A stretch of DNA of 64,000 nucleotides from Carcharhinus amblyrhynchos (Eukaryota). Both the position numbers and the translations under genes were made by a program. Location: contig OZ336884.1 in assembly GCA_965287045.1 (NCBI GenBank), positions 21,576,001 to 21,640,000 on the forward strand. Direction: 5' to 3'. This document shows, one piece after another, positions 24,401-33,600 of this stretch. The first letter of the stretch is position 1, and each line of letters opens with the position of its first letter. The notes beneath the pieces were generated by a model that saw only the letters and a list, made by a program, of their open reading frames with translations, did not search any database and had not been told where the DNA came from.

Positions 24401-27299
24401 TACTTTTTTTTTAATTGCACGCACTGGAAAACTGGAGTCAAAAATTGAACATGTTGTAAATGTGGAAGGTTCAACAGGAAAGATAAATTAACCTTTAGGG
24501 TAAAGACACTGGGCAGGATTTTCCAACCACGCTCAACCCAAAGCTGGAAAAGTTCTGCCCAAGGTCAACAGACCTTTGCATGGTTCCCTTGTCCCGTATC
24601 CTTCCCCACCCGATTCCGGTGGCAGGCAGGACAAGAAAATTCCCCCGCACTTAGTCAGAACTGGAAGCCAAAAGGTTAGAGAGCTCTTTAATAACGTAAC
24701 AATGATGGGGAGAGGTCCAAGCAGGGGAACTGATGGATTTCATAGTTCATGTAGTCTAACATTTATAGATCTACAATGCTTTTTAAGATCCTCTAGAAAT
24801 TTACAATAAATACTGCATTTTTGTTAAATTGCTTTTTCATCTGTTAACAGGGCTGTTGACAATCAGGTGTATATAGCAGCAGTATCACCTGCGCGAAATG
24901 AGAATGATTCCTATGTGGCATGGGGCCACAGCAGTATAGTAAACCCTTGGTATGTATTTCACAAGATAATTATGGACAAGAAAACTCATTTGGTCCGTTT
25001 CAGCCCATCCAGAAATTACCTCCTATTGGAGCATTTGCTTGTTTGTTACACATTGTAGTTTCTACTAAGGGCAGTGCATATCCAAATGCAGTAAGACCTG
25101 GACATGATCCAGGCTTGGGCTGACAGGAGACAGGTAACATGTAACATTTGTGCTACACATGTGCCGGGCAATGACCATCTCCAACAAGTGAGAATCTAAC
25201 AAACGCCCCTTAACATTCAATGGCGTCACCGTTGCTGTATCCTCCACTAACATGTCCTGGGGGCTTACCATTAACCAGAACTGGACTAGCCATATAAATA
25301 CTGTAGCTACACCTACACCTCCTGACTCCCCAAAGCCTGTTTACCCATCGACAAGTCAGGAGTACAATGGAATACTCTCCATTTGCCTGAGTGACTGCAG
25401 CCCCTACAACTAGGTACCAATCTGAGCAAAGCAATCTGCTTGATTGTTTGTGGATGGAATGCCATTCAGTCCCTCCAGCATGGACACATAGTAGAGACAA
25501 ATCTACATGATGGACTACAGAAACTCAACAGGGCTCTTTAGGCAGCACCTTCCAAACCCACAGCCGCTACCATCTAAAAAGAAAAAAGGCACGTCCCCTT
25601 CAAAGCACTCATCATCCTGAATTGAAAATGTACTGGTGTATCTTTTCTGTTGCTTGGTCAAAATCCTGGAACTTGCTCCCTAACAGCACTGTGGGTGCGC
25701 CTACACCACCTGGACTGCAGCAGCTCAAGAAGGCAGCTCATCACCACCTTCCAGGGCTATTGGTGTTGGGCAATAAATGCTGGTCTAGCCAGCAAAGCCC
25801 ACATCTCTTGAATGAATTTTTAAAAAATTGTTTAGAAGTTCATTTCATTTTTAATTGTCCACTTTTATAAACATTAATTTTAGAAAAAGAATTTTGCTTA
25901 CCAAACACCTAAAATGCAGACATTTTATGTGCATCTGTTTCTTGTCTTTCCAGGGGAGAAGTGATGACCAAAGCTGGTTCCGAGGAGACCATTGTATATG
26001 CAGATATAGGTAAGATTCTGCTGAAAAGCTTACCTCATATCAGATTTATAATTAGGAAAAAAAAGTCCCTCTCTTTTATTGCTTTTCTTACCTAATTCTT
26101 CAATCTGGAGGGATAGATGATCCATGCTCAATTTGTGGTCAGTACTTTTCATGCATTTGATGTGAAAAAATGAATCAGTTTGATCTCCCTTTTCAGCCTC
26201 TTGCTTGTTCATTCTCTTTCTGGTCCCTGGAGAGTGGGTCTTATGTTCAAGTTTAAAGTCCATTTATTAGTGTTGCAAGTAGGCTTACATTAACACTGCA
26301 ATGAAGTTACTGTGAAAATACCCTAGCCATCACACTCCGGCGCCGGTTCGGATATACTGTGGGAGAATTTAGCATGGCCAATCCACCTAGCCCCCACATC
26401 CTTGGATAGTGGGAGGAAATCAGGGCACCCGGCGGAAACCCACACAGACACGGGGAGTACGTGCAGACTCTGCATAGACAGTGACTCAAGCCGGGAATCG
26501 GACCCAGGTCCCTGGCTCTGTGAGGCAGCAGTACTAACTACTGTGTGCCACCCACAGTGGATTACAATTGTGAATTCCTTCTAATTTTCCTTTCTGCTCT
26601 CCTCAAGATGATGACTTGTAGATCCTCAGTCACTTGGTAGCCCTCCCTCCTATACCTTACCTTGTAGTCATGTTCACTTCAAGTGAATAATTGCCAATAG
26701 GCCTTTTCAACACTTCAAAAAGTACTTAATTGTTTTATAAATTGTTTTTTTAAAATTCACACCTTGATAAAATAAGAAAGTTGCTTTAATCATTTCTAAT
26801 TATGCATTTGTTCCAAGAAACATGCTTCTTTCAAAATACTTATATTGTAATAAACAATACTTTAAATTTCTAATTTGAAATTCCATCCCAGCAAACCTCT
26901 GAAATCCCACGACCCCCAGAGTTTTCTGTATTTTGTCCTGCCAAACAAATATTTACCTCAGAAACATGTATTGGATGTGGTCATTTAAGATTACTTTTGA
27001 ATTTAGCTTTCGTCATTATATCAGTTTCAAATGTTGCAGTAAGTGGCAAATAAAAATGGCTCACACCACTCATCTCTGCAACAGATATATACCCAAGAAA
27101 ACTTAATACAGCTGGTTATGTTCTAGTCGGGAAGACATTGTATTATTTCCTCAGACAGACACTGCATTGAAATTTACATTTTGTATATTCCATTTTCCTC
27201 TACACAGATTTGAAATATCTTTCGGACATCCGTCAACAGATACCCATTCTCAAGCAGAAACGCAATGATCTCTACAGTGTTCAGGCTGTGCAAGATTGA
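6446..27299 (+). CDS. NIT2: NIT2 omega-amidase (nitrilase family), whole gene: join(6446-6464,11259-11377,13126-13246,14760-14848,21944-22037,23510-23584,24050-24128,24851-24949,25954-26009,27208-27299), 843 nt, 280 aa
   Basis: Spliced ORF MSGAATKFRLALIQ...ECFNSPYG...[15 protein letters not shown]...GICYDLRF...[14 protein letters not shown]...[20 protein letters not shown] is recognisably NIT2. The nitrilase Glu-Lys-Cys triad is intact and the frame is continuous across all junctions. Confidence 0.96.
7333..7628 (-). mobile_element. tRNA-derived SINE (HE1/V-SINE-like), CR1-type tail
   Basis: tRNA-like head with B box (ggttcgattcc on the minus strand) and a shared central domain; multi-copy in the window. 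Confidence 0.8.
9220..9480 (+). mobile_element. Second tRNA-derived SINE family (DeuSINE/SacSINE-like); related pieces at about 5400-5510, 12660-12820 and 50130-50460
   Basis: Head ggcctagtgg...gggttcaaatcc; body ...gaaatctgccgtccttacctggtctggcctac. Family name is tentative. Confidence 0.55.
9895..10188 (-). mobile_element. HE1/V-SINE-like SINE
   Basis: Same family as 7333-7628. Confidence 0.8.
10425..10895 (+). mobile_element. CR1 LINE 3' fragment
   Basis: YEERLEKL...[11 protein letters not shown]-type RT C-terminus followed by 3'UTR. Confidence 0.75.
11259..11377 (+). CDS. NIT2: NIT2 exon 2 ([39 protein letters not shown])
   Basis: cctag acceptor, gtaagt donor, 119 nt. Confidence 0.95.
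11549..12248 (-). mobile_element. Two HE1/V-SINE-like SINEs (11549-11868 near full length; 12065-12248 partial)
   Basis: Same family as 7333-7628. Confidence 0.75.
13126..13246 (+). CDS. NIT2: NIT2 exon 3 ([40 protein letters not shown]), carries the catalytic Glu
   Basis: cacag acceptor, gtaaat donor, 121 nt. Confidence 0.97.
13713..15116 (+). repeat. About 200-bp near-identical direct repeat (13713-13913 and 14918-15116) flanking NIT2 exon 4
   Basis: gtggtaacctcaccactcaagtcaaggcccactctttgatttgagcacataatgcagttggcgctc...aatcctgcctgag occurs twice with few differences. Confidence 0.9.
14760..14848 (+). CDS. NIT2: NIT2 exon 4 ([29 protein letters not shown]), carries the catalytic Lys
   Basis: ttgcag acceptor, weak gtccaa donor, 89 nt. 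Confidence 0.94.
15121..15610 (+). mobile_element. CR1 LINE 3' fragment
   Basis: [16 protein letters not shown]...[11 protein letters not shown]. Confidence 0.8.
16177..21031 (+). mobile_element. Cluster of + strand HE1/V-SINE-like SINEs (16177-16603, 17609-17886, 18491-18795, 20281-20572, 20718-21031) plus a minus-strand CR1 fragment (19435-20130)
   Basis: Repeated ggtggcacagtggttagcactgctgcctcacag heads; CR1 translation [11 protein letters not shown]...[11 protein letters not shown]. Confidence 0.8.
21420..21912 (+). mobile_element. Rex1/Babar-like LINE 3' end; a second copy at about 60845-61248 is nested in a CR1
   Basis: [24 protein letters not shown]...[15 protein letters not shown], tail aataaatcaaatc. 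Confidence 0.7.
21944..22037 (+). CDS. NIT2: NIT2 exon 5 ([31 protein letters not shown])
   Basis: aatcag acceptor, gtgagt donor, 94 nt. Confidence 0.96.
22517..22800 (+). mobile_element. tRNA SINE with alternative ('B') tail
   Basis: Same head as the HE1-like SINEs, tail ...cttcattgcagtgttaatgtaa...aataaata. Confidence 0.75.
23510..23584 (+). CDS. NIT2: NIT2 exon 6 ([24 protein letters not shown]), carries the catalytic Cys
   Basis: ttgcag acceptor; the frame requires a GC donor (AG|gcaagt); 75 nt. Confidence 0.93.
24050..24128 (+). CDS. NIT2: NIT2 exon 7 ([25 protein letters not shown])
   Basis: ctgcag acceptor, gtgagt donor, 79 nt. Confidence 0.96.
24851..24949 (+). CDS. NIT2: NIT2 exon 8 ([32 protein letters not shown])
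   Basis: aacag acceptor, gtatgt donor, 99 nt. Confidence 0.96.
25070..25822 (+). mobile_element. CR1/L2-clade LINE 3' fragment; related pieces at about 16750-16910 and 33600-34210
   Basis: RT C-terminal-like AMTISNK...PLTFNGVTV; shared tail gggcaataaatgctgg...ccacatc. Confidence 0.6.
25954..26009 (+). CDS. NIT2: NIT2 exon 9 ([18 protein letters not shown])
   Basis: ttccag acceptor, gtaaga donor, 56 nt. Confidence 0.95.
26250..26552 (-). mobile_element. tRNA SINE with 'B' tail
   Basis: Reverse complement of the 20281 and 22517 copies. Confidence 0.8.
27208..27299 (+). CDS. NIT2: NIT2 exon 10, terminal ([29 protein letters not shown])
   Basis: cacag acceptor, TGA at 27297-27299. Confidence 0.94.
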
Positions 27300-27455
27300 G
27301 TATCACAATCAGTCGGGTTCTTCAGTCATTTGCAGTTCACGGAATCACAAATCTTCCAATCGCCTCAAGAATTTCCTTATAGACTTTAAAACTGTAAAAT
27401 GTGCAAAATATCAGTTTTTCTACATATAAATGATGGATTATTAAGAGGGAATTGT

Positions 27456-27461
27456 AATAAA
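27456..27461 (+). terminator. Candidate NIT2 polyadenylation signal AATAAA (a second one at 27566-27571)
   Basis: First AATAAA about 157 nt after the stop codon. Confidence 0.55.
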
Positions 27462-28069
27462 GTCTTCAGTTTTAAATGACAAATTTCTCATGAATTTAAA
27501 AAAATTTAAATTTGTTTAGGGGACAGTGCAGAGTGGTGGTGTCGAAAAGATAATAATATTAACACAATAAACTGCAACATTGAAGTCCGCGTAGTTGATT
27601 GTCATCAAAACATTGAAATCTGGTCCCTTTTATAAGAATTTTAAAGCAAAATTAGACCACCTTCAAGCATTACCTGCAGTAGATTTGAGAATACACTTTT
27701 ACAAGGAGAGAAACATCAAGTTATGATTAAGAGCTGATATGTAGGGACCACCAAATCACCAAGGCCTCAGTTCATGTTGGTGGACATGAACAATTACTAA
27801 AGGTTTTCTTGCTGGAGAAAATATCAGTCAGCAGGAAATAACCAGCTTTTAAAAACAAATTTGGACAGAAAATCATGTCTGAACTTGTTGGATAAGGCAA
27901 GAGGTGCAATGAAATCTTTTAGCTAGATTGGCTGCATGCTCTTCCTCTTTGTCTCCATCTAAACTACAGCTGATATGATTGTCAGTTGGCTGCTGTTATT
28001 AGTCCATTCTTACCACTATTGAAGGGCATCTTCCTAAAGTCTTCACCAACATGTTTGTGCTTGAATGAG

Positions 28070-28389
28070 TGGCATGGTGACACAGTGGTTAGCACTGCTG
28101 TCCCACAGCACCAGGGACAAGTTTGATTCCAGTCTTGGGTGACTGTGTGGAGTTTGCACACTCTCACCATTTCTGCACAAGTTTCCTCTGATTTTCACCC
28201 ACAAGTCAAAGATGTGCAGGTTAGGTTGATTGGCTGTGCTAAATTGACCCTTAACATCCCAAGATCTATAGGTTAGCATGGTAAATGCGCAGGATTATGG
28301 GGATAGAGCCTGGGCAAGATGCTGTGTTGGAGAGTTAGTGCAGACTTGATGGCCTAATAGTCTCCTTCCACACTGTAGGGATTCTATGA
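28070..28389 (+). mobile_element. HE1/V-SINE-like SINE
   Basis: Family head and ...ctgtagggattctatga tail. Confidence 0.8.
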
Positions 28390-31009
28390 ATCAGTGAACC
28401 TACAGAATTCCTTCAAAAGGTTCCCAAAAAACAGTGGAACATTTGTGACACATATTCCCAGACTGTTCCAATAGCCTGTTGAGTGAGGTCCTATTTACTC
28501 AATAGCCACATTTCCCTCCATTATGTTTATGGTGTGGGGGTGGCTGGGATATTGGGATAGGTGATCAACTAATCTGGATTCTGTATTTTAACGTTTAAGA
28601 CCTCCCTTTAGTCTGTTTTACCTTACAATTCAGGAGCATTTGGGATAATTGATTTCCCCCCACCTCCAGTGCAGCGTATCCCTCAACCACATCTCATTAT
28701 TTGGTGTCTTGTGCTGTCCAAAATGCAGGCATCTGTGCTTCTGCCTAATGCAAGAGGGCTAGTGACAGTTGTTATGAAAGGGGAGATTGATCTCCTCTCT
28801 AAGAACTAACATTCAAACAAAGAGAAGTACCTCACTTCATAATCTGTTAAAAAGTGTGTGAAATGGGGTACTATCTGCTCTTCAGCAACTTTTAGTCATT
28901 AAAATCAAAATACCTATCTGAGACTCTTTGTAAAAACAAATAACACTATTTATTAACAAACAGTGAACAGGTTAACTAAACTGGTAATAAACCAAACAAA
29001 ACACTATTCTAGTGGAATACTGTTTAGATAAATACAGTTCTCATTTATTAACAAAAAAATAGAATTTTTATTCACTCAAAACATGACTAGGTTTTATTTT
29101 CCAGAGTCTTCTGCCCACACTGTTGAGACGAGACTTTCCTTTAAGACACAAATGTAGCTGTTACACTGGCAGACATTAGTTACTGGCTGTCTCTGAAACT
29201 GTGATAGAGGCAGTTGCTGGCTGACTCTCTGGAACTGGGAGCTAGATGACACAGTAACACTCACATAATAGGATTGGTTTACAGTTAATCAAACATCAGA
29301 TTCAAATCTGATAGGCTGCTGTTATTCAAATACTGAGTTTAAACTGATTGTCAAGAGGACAGAAAACAACACTTTTGCCTAGCCTCTGGATACAATTTTC
29401 ACTCTATGCTCTCTGTGTACTTGCATTTGCAACTCCATCTTTTTTTTAAAAAAATACAATTTTTAAGCACAACTATGAAATGCTTTCTTTTAACATTTTA
29501 CAATTTTTTAAAATAATTTTACAAACACCAACTTCTAACATTCTACTCAACTTCGCAACACAGTGATGTTTTATCAATACAGTTGATCTACAGGACTCAC
29601 CTTGTTCCATTAAGAGGACAAATGAACAACATTTGCATGAACTCAAAAGCCTGGAACAGTCTTGTCTATGGACATACTATTCTTTGCAGACTTTCTAAAC
29701 TCTTTCCCCAACAATATGAACCAAAACTTTCCCATATGGAGGAAGTAAGGGATATTATATGTCACACATTCCTATAGTTTGCCTTTAAATACAAGTGGGG
29801 AATATGATATTAATTTGTGTGGGAAATCTCTGTAATCTCTCCCATCAAACCATATATAATCTAATTTGCACAGACCTGCTCTTTCCACTAATACTCCAGT
29901 CTTCCTTCTCCGTGCTAATTTTTGCAGATGGCTGCATCCTTGAGCACTGCAACTCTCATTCCTGTTCAGTGGTCCTGTGATGGCATTCTGCAATAACGAT
30001 CAGACATCAGCATTGCTTTTCATGTTTATCTTAAGGAAGCCAATGTTATGAACCTTAAAGCTCCTCTCTCAAGCTGCAAATACACCTTACCTATGGCATG
30101 ATGCTTCTCCGCCAGCCACCAAGTGCTTTTGGCTCTATTGTACTTACTGAGTACTGGTAGGACCTTATTGTTAAACTGTTTATTCAGCTGCATATTCGAT
30201 ATGGCAGCTCTGCCATCCCAGGAATCAGCTTGGTAAATGTTGCGATACTCCTTCTATAGCAAGGCGTCCTTCTTTAGATAAGGACAGCAAAACTGCACGC
30301 AATACTCCAGGTGTGGCGTGGCCTCAGTACAATTGCAGTAATAATCACAATAACAAAATCTGTTTCAATATTTTCATTACAGGTTTAATAAAACCCTCCA
30401 TTCTTAAAATTCTAAAGCTAACTCCATTCCTTGCTTGCTGTAAAAACCAAACTGCAACTATATCCAATTTCACTGAATATTGTTATCAGGGGCTTGACGC
30501 CAATACAAAAAAAATACTGTGGATACTAGTTATCGGGGAGGAAAAGAAACAATAACCTGTTTCGTTCTCTGTAGATACTCAAGTTTGAGGTGTTAACTAA
30601 GGTGCAGTCATTAACCCTCTCACTTCTTCGATAGAAAAGCCCAATTTCACAGTCCCAACAAAGGGCAACATTCATTCAAGGTGAGAAGGCATCACACCCC
30701 ATCGTTGAAGGTTAAATTGAAGTTTATTGGGTAGTTTATTAAACCCGTGGATTTTAACAATGGAATCAACTAAAATTCCATTTAGCAGAATGTAACAGCA
30801 AAATGTTTGATTTCTTTTTCCCGTTTACCGAGGGAGGGTTGTTGACTAATCAGTACTCCTGATTTTAGGGTTCACTTCAAGAGGGGGGAAACTTAATTTG
30901 ACTTTTTAAGTTTCCTTTGTACCTTTTGTTTCTGTTCGGGCCGTTCCCCCTCCTTTCGGGGAGCTGCCCCCTTTTTCTTTGTCCGAACGTAATTTAAGTT
31001 AGTTTACTT

Positions 31010-31200
31010 GTTTGACCCGCCCAAAAGACCCACCCAAAAGACCACCTTAAAAGAGGTCAAAGGGGGTAGGGGGCGGGGGGATTTGACAATTCTCTCGGCC
31101 CTCAGTGAACAATTTAATGATTCTAAAGACAGATTATTGGGGGGACTAATAGACTTATTGGCAGCTGGGTTGAGTCAGAGCACTATTTAAGTATTTATGT
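31010..31200 (+). promoter_or_regulatory. Putative H2A-variant promoter: 3x13-bp repeat, GC box (31071-31076), two inverted CCAAT boxes (ATTGG 31136-31140, 31157-31161), E-box CAGCTG (31162-31167), TGAGTCA (31171-31177), TATA-like TATTTAA (31184-31190)
   Basis: Motifs seen in canonical order 80-260 nt upstream of the ATG. Confidence 0.6.
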
Positions 31201-31270
31201 GAGCTTTGCGCTAGTATGTCTCCTCTCCCTTAGCGCTAAAGGGTAGTTTAAGCAGAGTAACGAGCTAGCA

Positions 31271-31681
31271 ATGGCAGATCGGGGCCAAGTTATGGACCAG
31301 CCCAAGAACGGGCCGAAATCTCGCTCCTCCAGGTCGGGTTTGCAGTTCCCAGTTGGCCGAGTGAATCGCTTGTTGAAGAAGGGGAATTACGCGGAGAGGA
31401 TTGGGGCCGCGGCATCGGTTTACCTGGCGGCTGTGCTGGAATACCTGGTGGCTGAGCTAGTGGAATTAGCCGGAGCCGCAGCCAGCGACAACCAGAAGCG
31501 GCGGATCGCCCCTCGCCACATCCAGCTGGCAGTGAGGAATGATGCTGAGCTGCTCCGGCTCCTGGAAGATGTTACTATTCCCCAGGGAGGAGTGCTACCA
31601 AACATCCAACCTCAACTCCTACCCAAGAAAACAGCTAAGGGCGTCGGAGCATCGCAGGATGGTGGTTCCTGGGAATTTTAA
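31271..31681 (+). CDS. Divergent intronless histone H2A variant, 136 aa (H2A.X-like tail, ends SQDGGSWEF)
   Basis: Histone-fold motifs [43 protein letters not shown] and [19 protein letters not shown] is uninterrupted and CpG-rich, with good Kozak context (GCAATGG). Confidence 0.93.
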   Translation: MADRGQVMDQPKNGPKSRSSRSGLQFPVGRVNRLLKKGNYAERIGAAASVYLAAVLEYLVAELVELAGAAASDNQKRRIAPRHIQLAVRNDAELLRLLEDVTIPQGGVLPNIQPQLLPKKTAKGVGASQDGGSWEF

Positions 31682-31922
31682 CGCTGCAGACTCTTCACTT
31701 TTTTTTAACATCACTGACTCGCTGGTACCCTGTGTACTTTTTTTATTAAAGAAGTTGACTTTAATCTCTCCCAGAAAGGCTGACATCTGCCCAGTGACCA
31801 CTTTCTGGATTATTACTGAACTTCCAAACTGGCCTGAGTGTTAGTGAGACGCAAGGTGGACACTGCTTTACTGGGTTTGGGTATCAATTTTTTAACTTTC
31901 TTTGATCTTGTCTCCAATATTG

Positions 31923-31928
31923 AATAAA
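31923..31928 (+). terminator. AATAAA polyadenylation signal of the H2A variant (alternative ATTAAA at 31745-31750)
   Basis: AATAAA about 240 nt after the stop, followed by a T-rich tract. No histone stem-loop seen. Confidence 0.65.
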
Positions 31929-32009
31929 AGTGATTTTTTTTTAAAGCCCTGACACCGCTCCATTCACTACACAGTTTGACGTGTGGAGTATTTTATTGTT
32001 TGCTCTCAA

Positions 32010-33600
32010 ATAGAGATGATGAGTGTCTGGAATAAGCTGCCAGAAGTAGCAGTAGAGGTAGGTACAATTTTTTTGTCTCTTAAGCGTTTAGACAGATGGG
32101 TACAGAGGGATATGAGCCAAACGCAGGCAATTGGGAATAATTTGGGGTTTTATTCAAAAAGGGGTGGCATAGGCATGTTGGGCTGAAGGACCTGTTTTCA
32201 ATGCTGACTACCTCTACGACTCAATGGTTGGTTCTATCTTCCCCCTGTCTTCACTCAAAAGGAACTTGATGAATATTTTCTACTGCCCAGTTTGTTCATG
32301 TGGAACATTTCACTGTATGTTACTGTCCACCTAGACAGAATTTTTCTACCATATCATGGTCACTCATCCTCAAGAATTCTCTGAACTGATTTCTCATTGC
32401 ACAATACTCCATCCAAGATGGTCTGCTTCCCTCCTTGGTTCCTTAACATATTGCACCAGAAAACCATTCCGTATGCACCCCAGACATTCTTCCTCATTGT
32501 ACTGTGACTAATTTGACTCTCCCCCGATCAACCTAAAGTCACCCATAATCACAGATGTTCCTTTAACACTTGCATCTGATTTCCTGTCTGATGCTTTTCC
32601 CAGCATTACCATGACAATTTGGTGGCCTATATACCAATCCCTTGTTGCTCAACTCAATCCACATGGATTCCATATCTATGCTAATATCCTTCCTCAATGT
32701 CATCATTGATCAACAATATCACTCCTCCACCTTTTCCTGTGTCTGTCCTTCCTGAACATGTTTAATTCCCATCCTCCTTACCTTGGAACCACGTCTCCAT
32801 AAGGCCAACTATGTCATACCCTTTTACACCTCTATGCAACTAATTCATCTATTTTGTTTTGAATGCTCTGACCATTCAGGTACAAAACCTGAAGGTGAGC
32901 ATATTTATCATTTTTCCCTTTTTTTTAAATTTGGTCTTTATCTGACTCTGGCCCTTGATTTCTCTCTTTCCTTTTTCTGTCTTGTTCTTAATGGCCCCTA
33001 TTCTGAATCCTTGCAAAGGTTCCCATCCACCTGCCACTTTAGTATAAACCCTCCCCAACTATTTTAGCAAGTAACCCTCTCCCCCACCCTCCAAGAACAT
33101 CAGTTTCTATCCTGCCCAGGTGTAACCCATCTTCTCCCAGAACCAGTCCCAATGCCCTAGGAATCTGAAACCTCCCCCTCAGACCATCTTTTCAGCCATG
33201 TATTCACAAGAATACATGCTGTTTCTACTCTGACCAGCATGTGGCACAAGTAGTAATCCTGAGATCAGTACCTTTTTGTCCTACTTTATAGCTTGCTTTC
33301 CAGTTTCCTACATTCTGCTGTTAGGACTTCATTCTTTTTTTAAACATATGTAGTTGTACCCGTGATTGTGACCACTGGCAGTTCACCCTCCCCTTCAGAA
33401 TGTCCTGTAGCTGCTCCAAGACACCCTTGACCCTAAAACCAGGGAGGCATCATACCATCCTGGAGTCTTGATTGGCATTTCTGTGGCCACAATCTATTGC
33501 CCTTACAATTGAACCCAACTTCCTCCCCTCTGCAGCAGAACCAACTGTGGTGCAATGATTTTGGCTGTGGCTGTTTTCCCCCTGAAAGGCTATTCCCGTC
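32010..33600. mobile_element. Degenerate CR1 fragments immediately downstream of the H2A gene
   Basis: 32010-32210 resembles a CR1 3' end on +. 32290-33600 resembles the CR1 endonuclease/ORF1 region on -. Confidence 0.5.

Noticed and set aside
31929-31945. Poly(A) remnant that would make the H2A a processed pseudogene
   Set aside because: The tract after AATAAA is T-rich, not A-rich, and no target-site duplication is evident. Histone genes are natively intronless.
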